DNA from: an uncultured Candidatus Saccharibacteria bacterium
GTDB taxonomy: Bacteria > Patescibacteriota > UBA1384 > JAGGWG01 > CAZAJM01
Assembly (NCBI GenBank): GCA_964485625.1
Contig: CAZAJM010000001.1
Coordinates: 29,803-93,802 of the forward strand
Length of the DNA: 64,000 nucleotides
Direction of reading: 5' to 3'
The notes under the pieces are model-generated. The model had not been told where the DNA came from. It was given only the letters and a program-made list of their open reading frames with translations, and ran no database searches. The translations under genes were made by a program, and so were the position numbers. Below, one piece after another: positions 1 to 8,948 of the stretch. Position 1 is the stretch's first letter. Every line of letters begins with the position of its first letter.

Positions 1-462
1 TTGCCTGACATCATCTATGGATATGTTTTCCGATCTACCAGTAATGTAGTGGTAGTATCTTTGCTGATGTGTTTGGGCCTCTTTTTGCTTTTCTCTGACC
101 CAATCATCATCCATGAGATCAATAAATTTGATCTCTAGTCTATCAGCAAGTGAATGGAATAAGAAGGTTGCTTGAGGTACTGCCAGTCTTGTTTGACAAG
201 ACTGAAGGACTACGTTAGCCATTGACTTGCAAACCCTAACTACCAGACCAGTAACATTTCCATGAGCTTGAATTGCGTTGGCAAGCGAGTAGCCTATTTG
301 GCAGTTTCCTCCAATAGAGTCAATGAGTAAAAGGACCTTTTTGCCAGGATCAAGTAATTCGGTTATCAGTCTTGAATCTGCCTCCCCGGCTTCAGGAATT
401 TCCCCAAGAGACATTATTTGGTGATCCAGAAAATAGATTCCCGTCTCGTCTTTTTCGGTCAT
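1..462 (-). CDS. ClpP-like serine protease (S14 family), partial; C-terminus lies outside the window
   Basis: Minus-strand translation from the ATG at 462 reads MTEKDETGIYFLDH...IDSIGGNCQIGYSLANAIQ...VRVCKSMANVVLQSC...ATFLFHS. These match the ClpP motifs INSPGG, catalytic Ser in xSMA/G, and His in MIHQP. The ORF runs off the window edge. Confidence 0.55.
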   Translation of the reverse strand, partial: MTEKDETGIYFLDHQIMSLGEIPEAGEADSRLITELLDPGKKVLLLIDSIGGNCQIGYSLANAIQAHGNVTGLVVRVCKSMANVVLQSCQTRLAVPQATFLFHSLADRLEIKFIDLMDDDWVREKQKEAQTHQQRYYHYITGRSENISIDDVRQ

Positions 463-617
463 GATCTACCATCTTCCTTTCTGGGTGCTTGTTCACTAAT
501 TATTATTTACCATATTTTTGTCTCTTAGTCAACTGTTTTGGCCATCTTCCCTTGAAAAAACTTCTTTTCTACCCTATTCTTTACTAAAGAGAAATAGTTT
601 TTAATTTTTTAGTTACT

Positions 618-1370
618 ATGGCAGGACATTCCAAGTGGGCGAATATTAAGCACCGTAAGGGCAGACAAGATAAGAAAAGGGGTAAGCTTTTTAGTAAGCT
701 ATCTAAGATGATATCAACTGCCGCTAGGGAGGGTGGCGGAGATATTGATATGAACCCTAATTTATCTATGGTAGTAGATAAGGCTAAAGAGGCCAATATG
801 CCTAAAAGTAATATTGAGCGAGCGATTAAGAAAGGCACCGGTGAACTAGAAGGCGAAGAGTATAAGTCGGACAGATTAGAGGCCTACGGCTCAGGCGGAG
901 TCGCCATTATTATCAATATCATGACAGATAATCGTAATAGGACATTATCGGACTTGAAAGGAATTTTGCGTGATCATGAGGGCAGTTTGGCAGAGAAAGG
1001 CTCTGTTGCTTGGAAGTTTGAGAAGAAAGGTAAAATGTTGATAGAGGTAGCCAGCGAAGAAGACCGAGATAGATTACTTGAGCCAATTATTGAGTTTGGT
1101 GCAGAGGACTATCAGGAGTTGGATGACGGTCTGTTGGTCTACACTAGCCCCAGCCAGCTTCATGAAGTAAAGCGGAAGTTAGAACAGAACAAGATTAAGG
1201 CTAAAGAAGCTGAGTTTACCTGGGAGCCCAAGATTGAGGTGAAGATAGAGGATAAAAGTACTGCCAAACGAATACTAAACTTGATGGATGAGCTCGAGGA
1301 CCATGATGATGTTGAGTCGGTCTATGCTGATTTTGATATTGAGGATAAAATATTAAATGAAATTAGATGA
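618..1370 (+). CDS. yebC: YebC/PmpR family DNA-binding transcriptional regulator
   Basis: N-terminus MAGHSKWANIKHRKGRQDKKRGKLFSKL is the YebC signature. 250 aa, and immediately upstream of ruvC as in many bacteria. Confidence 0.9.
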   Translation: MAGHSKWANIKHRKGRQDKKRGKLFSKLSKMISTAAREGGGDIDMNPNLSMVVDKAKEANMPKSNIERAIKKGTGELEGEEYKSDRLEAYGSGGVAIIINIMTDNRNRTLSDLKGILRDHEGSLAEKGSVAWKFEKKGKMLIEVASEEDRDRLLEPIIEFGAEDYQELDDGLLVYTSPSQLHEVKRKLEQNKIKAKEAEFTWEPKIEVKIEDKSTAKRILNLMDELEDHDDVESVYADFDIEDKILNEIR

Positions 1371-1837
1371 AGATCTTAGGAATCGACCCCGGTATCGCTA
1401 GGGTAGGATGGGGGTTGGTTGAAAAAAAGGATGGGCAAGAGAAGTACTTAGATTGTGGACTGATTAGTACTAGTAAAAATACTTCTGAACCGGAGAGATT
1501 AAAGAAGATCTACAAGGCCACTTGTGATATAATAAAGGAGAGTCAGCCAGATCTGGTGGCTATTGAGAAACTTTACTTTTTTAAAAACCAGAAAACTGCT
1601 TTTGTAGTTAGTCAGGCCAGAGGAGTGATAGTTCTAGCGGCGGCTAGCAAAAAAAGAAAGATAAAGAGTTTTACACCTCTACAGATCAAACAATCCGTTA
1701 GTGGTTATGGTCAGGCAACTAAGGCTCAGGTTGGCAATATGGTTAAAGCGATTTTATCTTTAGATAAGGTGCCCAAGCCCGATGATGTTGCCGATGGGCT
1801 GGCCTGTGCGATCTGTGCTAGTAGTAGTGTAAGATAA
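1367..1837 (+). CDS. ruvC: Holliday junction resolvase RuvC
   Basis: MKILGIDPGIARVGWG... is the RuvC N-terminal catalytic Asp motif. 156 aa; start overlaps the yebC stop. Confidence 0.9.
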   Translation: MKILGIDPGIARVGWGLVEKKDGQEKYLDCGLISTSKNTSEPERLKKIYKATCDIIKESQPDLVAIEKLYFFKNQKTAFVVSQARGVIVLAAASKKRKIKSFTPLQIKQSVSGYGQATKAQVGNMVKAILSLDKVPKPDDVADGLACAICASSSVR

Positions 1838-1856
1838 AAGAAGGAGGGTTAAGTAA

Positions 1857-2867
1857 GTGCCTAGATTACGTCAAAATATGACTACAGGTGAGTGGGTGGT
1901 AATTGCTCCCGGTAGGTCCAAGCGGCCTCAAGATTTTGTTAGCGCCACCTCTGCTAAGAGAGTCTCTAAAAAAGACTGTCCTTTCTGCATGGAAAACAAT
2001 AAGGCGTATAAGACGTCGATTAAAGAGTATGAGACAGATAATGTCTATGTGATTCCCAACCTCTATCCGGCCTTTGTTAATGAGGATGAGGTAACTGAGC
2101 AAGGCGGGGATTTCTATCCCAGCTACAAGAGTCTGGGCGGTCATGATGTGATTATCTTAAAAGACCATGATAAAGAACTAGAAGATCTAAAAAGATCTAC
2201 TTTAGAAGAGTACTATCATATCTATCAAAAGCGAATTAATTTTTTCAAAAAAAATCCAGTGGTAGAATATGCTATGGTTATCCATAACTTTGGTCCGGAG
2301 TCGGGTGCTAGTATCGTTCATCCTCACTCTCAGCTGATGGCCTCTGCAGTTATTCCGCCTCGGGTAGATCTAGAACTAAAAACTACTAAAAAATATTATC
2401 AAGAACATGGCAGCTGTGTTTATTGTGACTTAATTAAAAACGAACTGGAAGACAAGATTAGAATTATTGGAGAGAATAATAAATTTATTGCCTTTACTTT
2501 CTGGGCGGCCCGTTTCCCTTTTGAGGCCTGGATCATGCCCAAGCGCCATGAGCTTTTCTTTGAGGATATTGGTAGATCAGAGAGATTAGCTTTAGCGGAG
2601 GTCTTTGATCAAGTGCTAACTAAATATGATAAGGCTCTTAACCAGCCACCATATAACTACTATATCCATACTACTCCACCCAGATTAGAGAATGAGCCAC
2701 ACTTAAAAGATTACTATCATTGGCATATTGAGATTACTCCCCGGGTAAGTAACTTTGGTGGCTATGAACTGGGTTCTGGGTTGGTGATCGATGTTGTCTC
2801 TCCGGAAAAAGCGGCTAGTTTTTTAAACAACCCCAAACAAGAAGAAAGTCAGGATTCATTTGCCTAA
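1857..2867 (+). CDS. GalT-like hexose-1-phosphate uridylyl/nucleotidyl transferase (HIT superfamily, branch III)
   Basis: CPFC zinc motif near the N-terminus and an HPHSQ histidine-triad-like active site (GalT HPHxQ). About 336 aa, typical of GalT. Confidence 0.7.
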   Translation: MPRLRQNMTTGEWVVIAPGRSKRPQDFVSATSAKRVSKKDCPFCMENNKAYKTSIKEYETDNVYVIPNLYPAFVNEDEVTEQGGDFYPSYKSLGGHDVIILKDHDKELEDLKRSTLEEYYHIYQKRINFFKKNPVVEYAMVIHNFGPESGASIVHPHSQLMASAVIPPRVDLELKTTKKYYQEHGSCVYCDLIKNELEDKIRIIGENNKFIAFTFWAARFPFEAWIMPKRHELFFEDIGRSERLALAEVFDQVLTKYDKALNQPPYNYYIHTTPPRLENEPHLKDYYHWHIEITPRVSNFGGYELGSGLVIDVVSPEKAASFLNNPKQEESQDSFA

Positions 2868-2918
2868 TCAACTAAATATTGATAGATTAATATATACATT
2901 TAAGAAAAGGAATTAATC

Positions 2919-3641
2919 ATGAATAAAACTGTTCAATACCTAATCTACTTTCTACTTCTAGTCTTAATCTTCTGGCTCTGGCTTAGTGGTGCTCTGGCTA
3001 GAGGGGTTGATTTTGCCCTCAGGTCAGGTGTGCCGGAGAAGACCATGATCTTAGTTCTGGCTCTGCCGATCGTGGTTACTCTTGTCTCATTTTCAAGACA
3101 GGTTATTGGCTTTCGAGTCTTTGGTATCTACCTGCCCTCAATTTTAACCATAATTTTTCTAGACATTGGTATCCAGTACGGCCTAATTCTGTTTATCACT
3201 ATTATCTTGCTAGGTACTTTTATGAGGTTTCTGCTCCAAAAATACCGTCTGCTCTATTTGCCCAGAATGTCGATAACTCTAACCGTAATTGCTCTGGGTA
3301 TGGTTATCTTTCTAGTTCTATCAGGCTACTTTGACTTTACCAATATTGCTCAGGCGACGGTCTTCTCTATGCTTCTAATGATAATTTTAGCTGAGAAGTT
3401 TATTGAGGCGGAGATCGAGAAAGGTTTGCCCGAGACAATCAAGCTTACTTTTGAAACACTAATCATCTCTATCTTAGCCACTCTTCTAGTAAGATGGCCT
3501 CTACTCCAGAACTTCTTGTTGCTCCACCCAGAAAGCATTATTGCAGTTATTATCTTTAATTTAAGTGTGGGCAGATGGACAGGCCTAAGAATTAGAGAGT
3601 ACTTGCGTTTTGGCGATGTAATTAACAAACAGGAGGAATAA
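2919..3641 (+). CDS. Polytopic membrane protein, 7TM type associated with RimK-like ATP-grasp systems (7TM_transglut-like module without a transglutaminase domain)
   Basis: 240 aa, about 7 hydrophobic helices. Immediately upstream of, and translationally coupled to, the ATP-grasp/retropepsin gene (stop TAA directly followed by ATG at 3642). Confidence 0.45.
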   Translation: MNKTVQYLIYFLLLVLIFWLWLSGALARGVDFALRSGVPEKTMILVLALPIVVTLVSFSRQVIGFRVFGIYLPSILTIIFLDIGIQYGLILFITIILLGTFMRFLLQKYRLLYLPRMSITLTVIALGMVIFLVLSGYFDFTNIAQATVFSMLLMIILAEKFIEAEIEKGLPETIKLTFETLIISILATLLVRWPLLQNFLLLHPESIIAVIIFNLSVGRWTGLRIREYLRFGDVINKQEE

Positions 3642-5039
3642 TTGATGGCTAGCCCGGACAAAATCTTAGGGATGAACGCTCGTAATTTGATATATATCCG
3701 TCCTAATAATCTAAAACCGGCAACTAGATTAGCTGATGATAAGCTTGGGCACAAGAAACTCCTAGATGACAATGAGTACCCGGTGCCAAATATTTTTGCT
3801 GAGTTTAAAACTCCAGATGATGTCCAACAGTTTGATTGGAAGAACCTACCCAACTCTTTTGTAATTAAGCCGGCTATGGGTTTTGGCGGAGAGGGTATTA
3901 TGGTTGTCTTTGCTAAGACCAAAGAGGGCTGGATTAGAACCGATGGCTCAACAATTGATATCGAGCAGATGAAGATTCACTGCCTAGATATTCTAGATGG
4001 TTCCTACTCCATGCACTCCACTCCGGATGTGGCCTTTATTGAACAGAAAGTAATTACCCACCCGGTCTTTAAGAAGTATACCTATAAAGGAACTCCTGAT
4101 ATTAGAATTATTGTTTTTAATCAGGTGCCGGTGATGGCCATGCTTCGGGTGCCGACAGAAGAGTCCGATGGCAGAGCCAATCTTCATGCCGGAGCACTAG
4201 GCATTGGTATTGAGATAGCCAGTGGCATTACTACCCATGCTATCTACCACGGTCATGAAGTTTCTCGGTTGCCCAGCAATAACAAGGTTAAGCTTCATGG
4301 GCTTAAGATCCCTTATTGGGACGATATGCTCAAGATGTCTTCTGAAATTCAAAAACTTACCGATATTGGCTATTTGGGTTTGGACTTTGTTCTAGACAAG
4401 AACGAAGGGCCAATGATTTTAGAGCTTAACGCTAGGCCAGGGCTTTCAATTCAAAATGCTAATCTGGCTCCACTGCGAGATAGACTAAGAAGAGTAAAGG
4501 GGCTAAAGATAAAAAACTCAACCAAGGCGGTAAGAATTGCCAAAGAGCTTTTTGGTGGAGAGATTGAAAGAGAGGTTGAGGAGGCAACGGGCAGGCCAAT
4601 GGTTGGTTTTGTAGAGAAGGTCAAGATTGAGGGGAGAAAGAAGAAAAAGGCAGAAGTGAAAGCCAAGATAGATACGGGTGCCGGTTTTAGCTCTGTTGAA
4701 AGGGAGTTGGCTAGAGATCTGGGATACAAAAAGTCGATAGAGTTTTTCGACTCTTTTGATCTACCTGAATCGGTTTCGGCCGATGAGGCTAGAAAAATGT
4801 GTGAAGATTATGAACCTAAAATGTTAAAAGACAAACATATTATAGATGTGGCTATAGTTCACTCATCTCATGGCAGTAGTATAAGGCCTGTGATTAAACC
4901 GAAAATCACTCTTTCGGGAAAAACATTCCATGCCAAAGTAAACATATCTAAAAGAGAGCATTTAATGTATCCAATGATCGTTGGCAGAAGAGACTTGAAA
5001 GGTTTTATTGTTAATCCGGAGAAAAGTTTTGTGAAATGA
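3642..5039 (+). CDS. RimK-related alpha-L-glutamate-ligase-like ATP-grasp fused to a C-terminal retropepsin-like (PF05618 'ATP-dependent Zn protease'-type) domain
   Basis: The N-terminal ~300 aa carry ATP-grasp features (KPAMGFGGEGIMVV, ILELNARPG). The C-terminal ~150 aa carry a DTGA aspartyl motif (KIDTGAGFSS) and a ...MIVGRRDLKGFIVNPEKSF tail, as in PF05618. Confidence 0.7.
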   Translation: MMASPDKILGMNARNLIYIRPNNLKPATRLADDKLGHKKLLDDNEYPVPNIFAEFKTPDDVQQFDWKNLPNSFVIKPAMGFGGEGIMVVFAKTKEGWIRTDGSTIDIEQMKIHCLDILDGSYSMHSTPDVAFIEQKVITHPVFKKYTYKGTPDIRIIVFNQVPVMAMLRVPTEESDGRANLHAGALGIGIEIASGITTHAIYHGHEVSRLPSNNKVKLHGLKIPYWDDMLKMSSEIQKLTDIGYLGLDFVLDKNEGPMILELNARPGLSIQNANLAPLRDRLRRVKGLKIKNSTKAVRIAKELFGGEIEREVEEATGRPMVGFVEKVKIEGRKKKKAEVKAKIDTGAGFSSVERELARDLGYKKSIEFFDSFDLPESVSADEARKMCEDYEPKMLKDKHIIDVAIVHSSHGSSIRPVIKPKITLSGKTFHAKVNISKREHLMYPMIVGRRDLKGFIVNPEKSFVK

Positions 5040-5479
5040 AGGAAGATGTATTAATTAGGATGGGGGAAGACAAGGACTTAGAAGAAGTATTATTTTTAGA
5101 CAATAAGATATTTCCTCAAAACAAGGTTAGTAGAAATAAGCTAAAAAAGAGAGTCGAAAATAATCTAGTTGTTGTGGCGGAGATTGGTAGTGAAATAGCC
5201 GCTTTTTCATTCTACAAGCCTCAAAATAAAAATAGTTGGCTGATGGGTAAGGTAGCCGTTAGTGAAAAACATAGAAGAAAGGGTGTAGGTACTAAGTTAT
5301 TTGATTTTGTTCTTAAACGGGCTAGGCAAAATGGAATTAATAAATTAATCTATCGAGTCAGAAGGGATAATAAGAAGGCAATTAAGATGTATAAGAGAAG
5401 AGGAGCAATTATCGCCAAAGAGATAAAAAGCTTTTATCGAGATGGTCAAAGTGCTTATCAAATGGAAGAGAAGATATAA
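5036..5479 (+). CDS. GNAT family N-acetyltransferase (RimI-like)
   Basis: Acetyl-CoA binding motif HRRKGVGTKLFDFVL. 147 aa. ATGA overlap with the upstream ATP-grasp gene. Confidence 0.8.
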   Translation: MKEDVLIRMGEDKDLEEVLFLDNKIFPQNKVSRNKLKKRVENNLVVVAEIGSEIAAFSFYKPQNKNSWLMGKVAVSEKHRRKGVGTKLFDFVLKRARQNGINKLIYRVRRDNKKAIKMYKRRGAIIAKEIKSFYRDGQSAYQMEEKI

Positions 5480-5495
5480 GCTTGAATGTTCAATT

Positions 5496-6242
5496 ATGAA
5501 TGAATTAGAACCAACTTTAAGACAAAATAATCAAGAAAGAGCAGAAAAGCTTGATAATGAATGGTTTGAAGATTTTATTAAAAACGGCAAAATTGAGCCA
5601 CCCTTACTATTGTCTGGAGAAAAAAAGTATCGAGCTGCTCAAAAAGAGGCTTTTCTTGCTGGTGAGATTGAAAATCCATCATTAGATTATCCGGAGTTTG
5701 ATTTGGATGATTTAGCAAAGAGAGAAGGCAATTTAAGAGAGCTAAAAAGGCAAGTAAGGTTGTCTGTAGATGACACCGATGAAGCGGCTTTTGTAGAGAG
5801 TAGGGAGGCTAGGGTTGTTAGGCAAGCCTATTTATGGCGAATAAATGAGTCTATTGCCTCTATCGGCCTGTTAAGAGCAGCGGCAGAAGGAGAGAAGAGA
5901 GATTTTAGAGGTGTCTATGAAATAATGGAGAAATATTTTTACTTGAGTAATTTATTAAAAGATCAGGATTCGGAGAAAGCTAGGGAAAAAGCTCAAACAA
6001 GTGCTTGGAAACGATGTGTTAGAACCTTCAGGGGTAGCGATTGTAAAACCCCGGGAGTTTGTTTTACTAAAGATATTGCTTATCGAGAAGGTCAGATTGG
6101 AGTTTGGCAGGTAGTGGCTGATAGTCCTGACGAGGTAAGAAGATTTAGTATTGGCAAATATGATCCGGCCAATGATAGGCATATTTGGATATTGGATCAA
6201 CTTGGAATTACGGATGATGATTTGGAGAAATTAGAGAAATAA
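5496..6242 (+). CDS. Hypothetical protein; last gene of the inserted operon between ruvC and ruvA
   Basis: ORF with an ATG at 5496 (MNELEPT...). Charged and probably helical; no recognisable motif. Confidence 0.45.
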   Translation: MNELEPTLRQNNQERAEKLDNEWFEDFIKNGKIEPPLLLSGEKKYRAAQKEAFLAGEIENPSLDYPEFDLDDLAKREGNLRELKRQVRLSVDDTDEAAFVESREARVVRQAYLWRINESIASIGLLRAAAEGEKRDFRGVYEIMEKYFYLSNLLKDQDSEKAREKAQTSAWKRCVRTFRGSDCKTPGVCFTKDIAYREGQIGVWQVVADSPDEVRRFSIGKYDPANDRHIWILDQLGITDDDLEKLEK

Positions 6243-6252
6243 TTAAATATTT

Positions 6253-6834
6253 ATGATCGGATATTTGGCAGGAGAGATTAAAAAAATAGGTGAGGATTAT
6301 CTGGTGGTCTTTGTAGTGACTGCTAAGGGTTTTGGTATTGGATATAAGATAAATGTCAGTGAGAAGCTGATTGATAAGTTTAAGGTTGGTGAAAGAATCG
6401 AGCTATATATTCACCACTACTTAACAGAGCAGAGTGAGGATCTTTACGGCTTCTTAAATATTGGTGAGCTGGATCTGTTTGAGAGCTTGATTGAGGTTTC
6501 CGGGGTTGGCCCTAAAGCAGCTCAGGCCTTACTCTCTTCTTTGAGTGTCTCTTCAATTAAAGATGCTATTAGCGAAGGTAGTGTTGATGTACTTACAGAG
6601 GCTAAGGGAATTGGTAAGAAAGGTGCTCAGAAGATCATCGCTGAACTTTCTGATGTAATTGCTCGGAAGGGAATTGAAGGCTTGGAAGGAAGCGGTCCTA
6701 AGGCAGAGGCCTACGAGGCCTTACTTGAGCTTGGGTATAACCAAGTGGAGGCTAAAACAGCTTTGCGAATGGTTGATAGTGATCTAAAAGATAGTGAAAA
6801 GATTGTTAAGGCGGCTCTCTCTAATATTAGCTAG
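6253..6834 (+). CDS. ruvA: Holliday junction branch-migration protein RuvA
   Basis: MIGYLAGEI... N-terminus, HhH region (GVGPKAAQALL, GIGKKGAQKII), and a C-terminal RuvB-binding domain. 193 aa. Confidence 0.9.
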   Translation: MIGYLAGEIKKIGEDYLVVFVVTAKGFGIGYKINVSEKLIDKFKVGERIELYIHHYLTEQSEDLYGFLNIGELDLFESLIEVSGVGPKAAQALLSSLSVSSIKDAISEGSVDVLTEAKGIGKKGAQKIIAELSDVIARKGIEGLEGSGPKAEAYEALLELGYNQVEAKTALRMVDSDLKDSEKIVKAALSNIS

Positions 6835-6892
6835 TTATACTATCTAAATTATGTTAAACTAAACTTAGTCTATAAGGTTATTTTTTCTAATT

Positions 6893-7921
6893 ATGAGTGA
6901 AGAGATTACGGATCCAAAAGTTACTGACGAGCAGGAGGAGATGATCGATCTGACTCTACGTCCGGAGAGCTTGGAAGAGTTTGTCGGCCAAAGCAGAGTT
7001 AAGGAAAATCTAGATATTTTTATTAGGGCAGCTAAAGGTCGGGATGAAGCCCTAGAGCATATCTTGCTCCACGGTCCGCCTGGTTTGGGTAAGACTACTC
7101 TGGCAAATATCATTGCCAAGGAGACCGGATCGAGCATTCGAATCACCTCCGGTCCGGCTATTGAGCGGGCTGGCGACTTGGCCTCTCTGCTTACCAATAT
7201 TTCCGATGGGGATATTCTTTTTATTGATGAAATTCATCGGCTTAACAAACAGATTGAAGAGGTGCTCTATCCGGCGATGGAAGATAAGGCACTAGATATT
7301 ATTGTTGGCAAGGGGCCATCGGCTCGTACTCTGCGCTTAGATTTGCCCAAGTTTACCATTATTGGCGCTACGACTAAGGCGGCCTCTATCTCCTCTCCTC
7401 TAAGGGATCGGTTCGGCGCTGTTCATCGACTTGTTTTCTATAGTGATGAAGATATCAAGCGGATTGTTAAGCGCTCGGCCGGTATTTTAGAGATGGAGAT
7501 TGATGAGCAGGCAGCAGAGATGCTAGCCACTAGATCAAGGCGGACCCCCCGAATCGCTAACCGGATTTTAAAAAGAGTTAGGGATTATGCTCAAGTAGAA
7601 TCTGATGGGGTGGTTGATAAGGCCACTGCTCAGTCTGCTTTGGAGATGTTGGCAATTGATGAGAAGGGCTTAGATGAGATCGATCGGAGTATAATAGAGG
7701 TAATAATTAATAATTTCTCTGGTGGACCGGTGGGCTTAAAAGCCCTTTCGGCCGCAGTTAGTGAAGAGAAAGAAACAATCGAGGAGGTCTATGAGCCATA
7801 TTTAATGCAGATTGGTTTTTTGGATCGAACCTCTCAGGGTAGGGTAGCGACCAAGAACGCCTATCTTCATTTGGGTAAAAAATTTATTGATCCGGAAGGA
7901 GGTGAGAATAAGTTGATATGA
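6893..7921 (+). CDS. ruvB: Holliday junction ATP-dependent DNA helicase RuvB
   Basis: [12 protein letters not shown]...[16 protein letters not shown] Walker A, DEIHRL Walker B, and a winged-helix C-terminus. 342 aa. Confidence 0.95.
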   Translation: MSEEITDPKVTDEQEEMIDLTLRPESLEEFVGQSRVKENLDIFIRAAKGRDEALEHILLHGPPGLGKTTLANIIAKETGSSIRITSGPAIERAGDLASLLTNISDGDILFIDEIHRLNKQIEEVLYPAMEDKALDIIVGKGPSARTLRLDLPKFTIIGATTKAASISSPLRDRFGAVHRLVFYSDEDIKRIVKRSAGILEMEIDEQAAEMLATRSRRTPRIANRILKRVRDYAQVESDGVVDKATAQSALEMLAIDEKGLDEIDRSIIEVIINNFSGGPVGLKALSAAVSEEKETIEEVYEPYLMQIGFLDRTSQGRVATKNAYLHLGKKFIDPEGGENKLI

Positions 7922-8103
7922 TATTTGTCTTACTTGCATATTTAGCTTTTGTCTTGATCTTTGCTATTTTTAGCTACTTTGCCCTCTATCATATCTGGCG
8001 ATTTGGTTTTGTTGGGGATCTAACTAAAATAGTTGTTTATGGCTATGTTATTTTATCACTATTAATTATTATCATTAGTTTGTTTTTGATTTTTGTAATT
8101 TAA
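7918..8103 (+). CDS. Small hydrophobic membrane peptide (hypothetical)
   Basis: 61-aa, two-TM ORF overlapping the ruvB stop. No motif. Confidence 0.3.
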   Translation: MIFVLLAYLAFVLIFAIFSYFALYHIWRFGFVGDLTKIVVYGYVILSLLIIIISLFLIFVI

Positions 8104-8106
8104 TTT

Positions 8107-8913
8107 ATGAACAATAGAAAAGAGAGAAGAATTCAATTTCCGGGAAGGCAGACTGGGGAGAAGGTTAATCTGTTTTTCCGTCGTCATCCACTTAGTTTTT
8201 TTGGTTTTAGTCTAATCGGATTTATTATGGTTGCTCTGCCCCTGGTGGTTTTTGTTGTAATGATTAATAGTGGTTTTCTGTTATTAGATGGCCCCCTAGA
8301 TTACAAAGTTGCCGTAGCTATAATTAGCGCCTATCTGCTTTTTGTAATGGGGATGATGATTGTTGCCTGGATGAACTTCTATTTAGACGTATACATTGTT
8401 ACAGACAAGAGGCTGATAGATATTCATCAGGCAGGTCTTTTTAGCAGAAATCTCTCGGCTGTTGATTTGGTAGATGTCGAAGATGTTAAGGCCGATGTTA
8501 AAGGCCTGCTGGCGACCTACTTTAATTTTGGAACAGTAGATATCCAGACGGCTGGGGAACTACAAAATGTTCAATTTACTGATGTGCCGGAGCCATATAG
8601 GTTGGCTAGAAAAGTTATGGACTACCATGAAGAAGCGGTTAGAGAGCAGAGGGAGGAGGCTATTAAGAAAGTTGCTCAAGAAGAGAAAGAGGCGGAAGAG
8701 GTGGGGGGTGAAGTCTCTCCAGCCCCAAAAAAATCAGATAGTCAATTGGAGGCCAATGTCGATTCAGGTGAGGTTAAGATAGAGAAAGAACCAGACTCGA
8801 CTAAAATTGAGGAGATTGATAGTGATGTTGGGCCCAAACAAGGCCAAGACGAACAAGAAGATAGGCAGGTTAATAACAAGGAGCTAAAAGAGGGGGGTGA
8901 GATAGATCTTTAG
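8107..8913 (+). CDS. Membrane protein with a bacterial PH-like (bPH_2/YdbT-like) domain and an acidic C-terminal tail
   Basis: Two N-terminal TM helices, then YLDVYIVTDKRLIDI...FGTVDIQTAG typical of bPH_2. D/E-rich C-terminus. Confidence 0.55.
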   Translation: MNNRKERRIQFPGRQTGEKVNLFFRRHPLSFFGFSLIGFIMVALPLVVFVVMINSGFLLLDGPLDYKVAVAIISAYLLFVMGMMIVAWMNFYLDVYIVTDKRLIDIHQAGLFSRNLSAVDLVDVEDVKADVKGLLATYFNFGTVDIQTAGELQNVQFTDVPEPYRLARKVMDYHEEAVREQREEAIKKVAQEEKEAEEVGGEVSPAPKKSDSQLEANVDSGEVKIEKEPDSTKIEEIDSDVGPKQGQDEQEDRQVNNKELKEGGEIDL

Positions 8914-8948
8914 TTGTGTTATAATAAAGTTGAATTAAAATTTTTAGC

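Noticed and set aside
584-838. 84-aa minus-strand ORF
   Set aside because: Lies entirely antisense within the well-supported yebC gene; no RBS or motif; antisense artefact.
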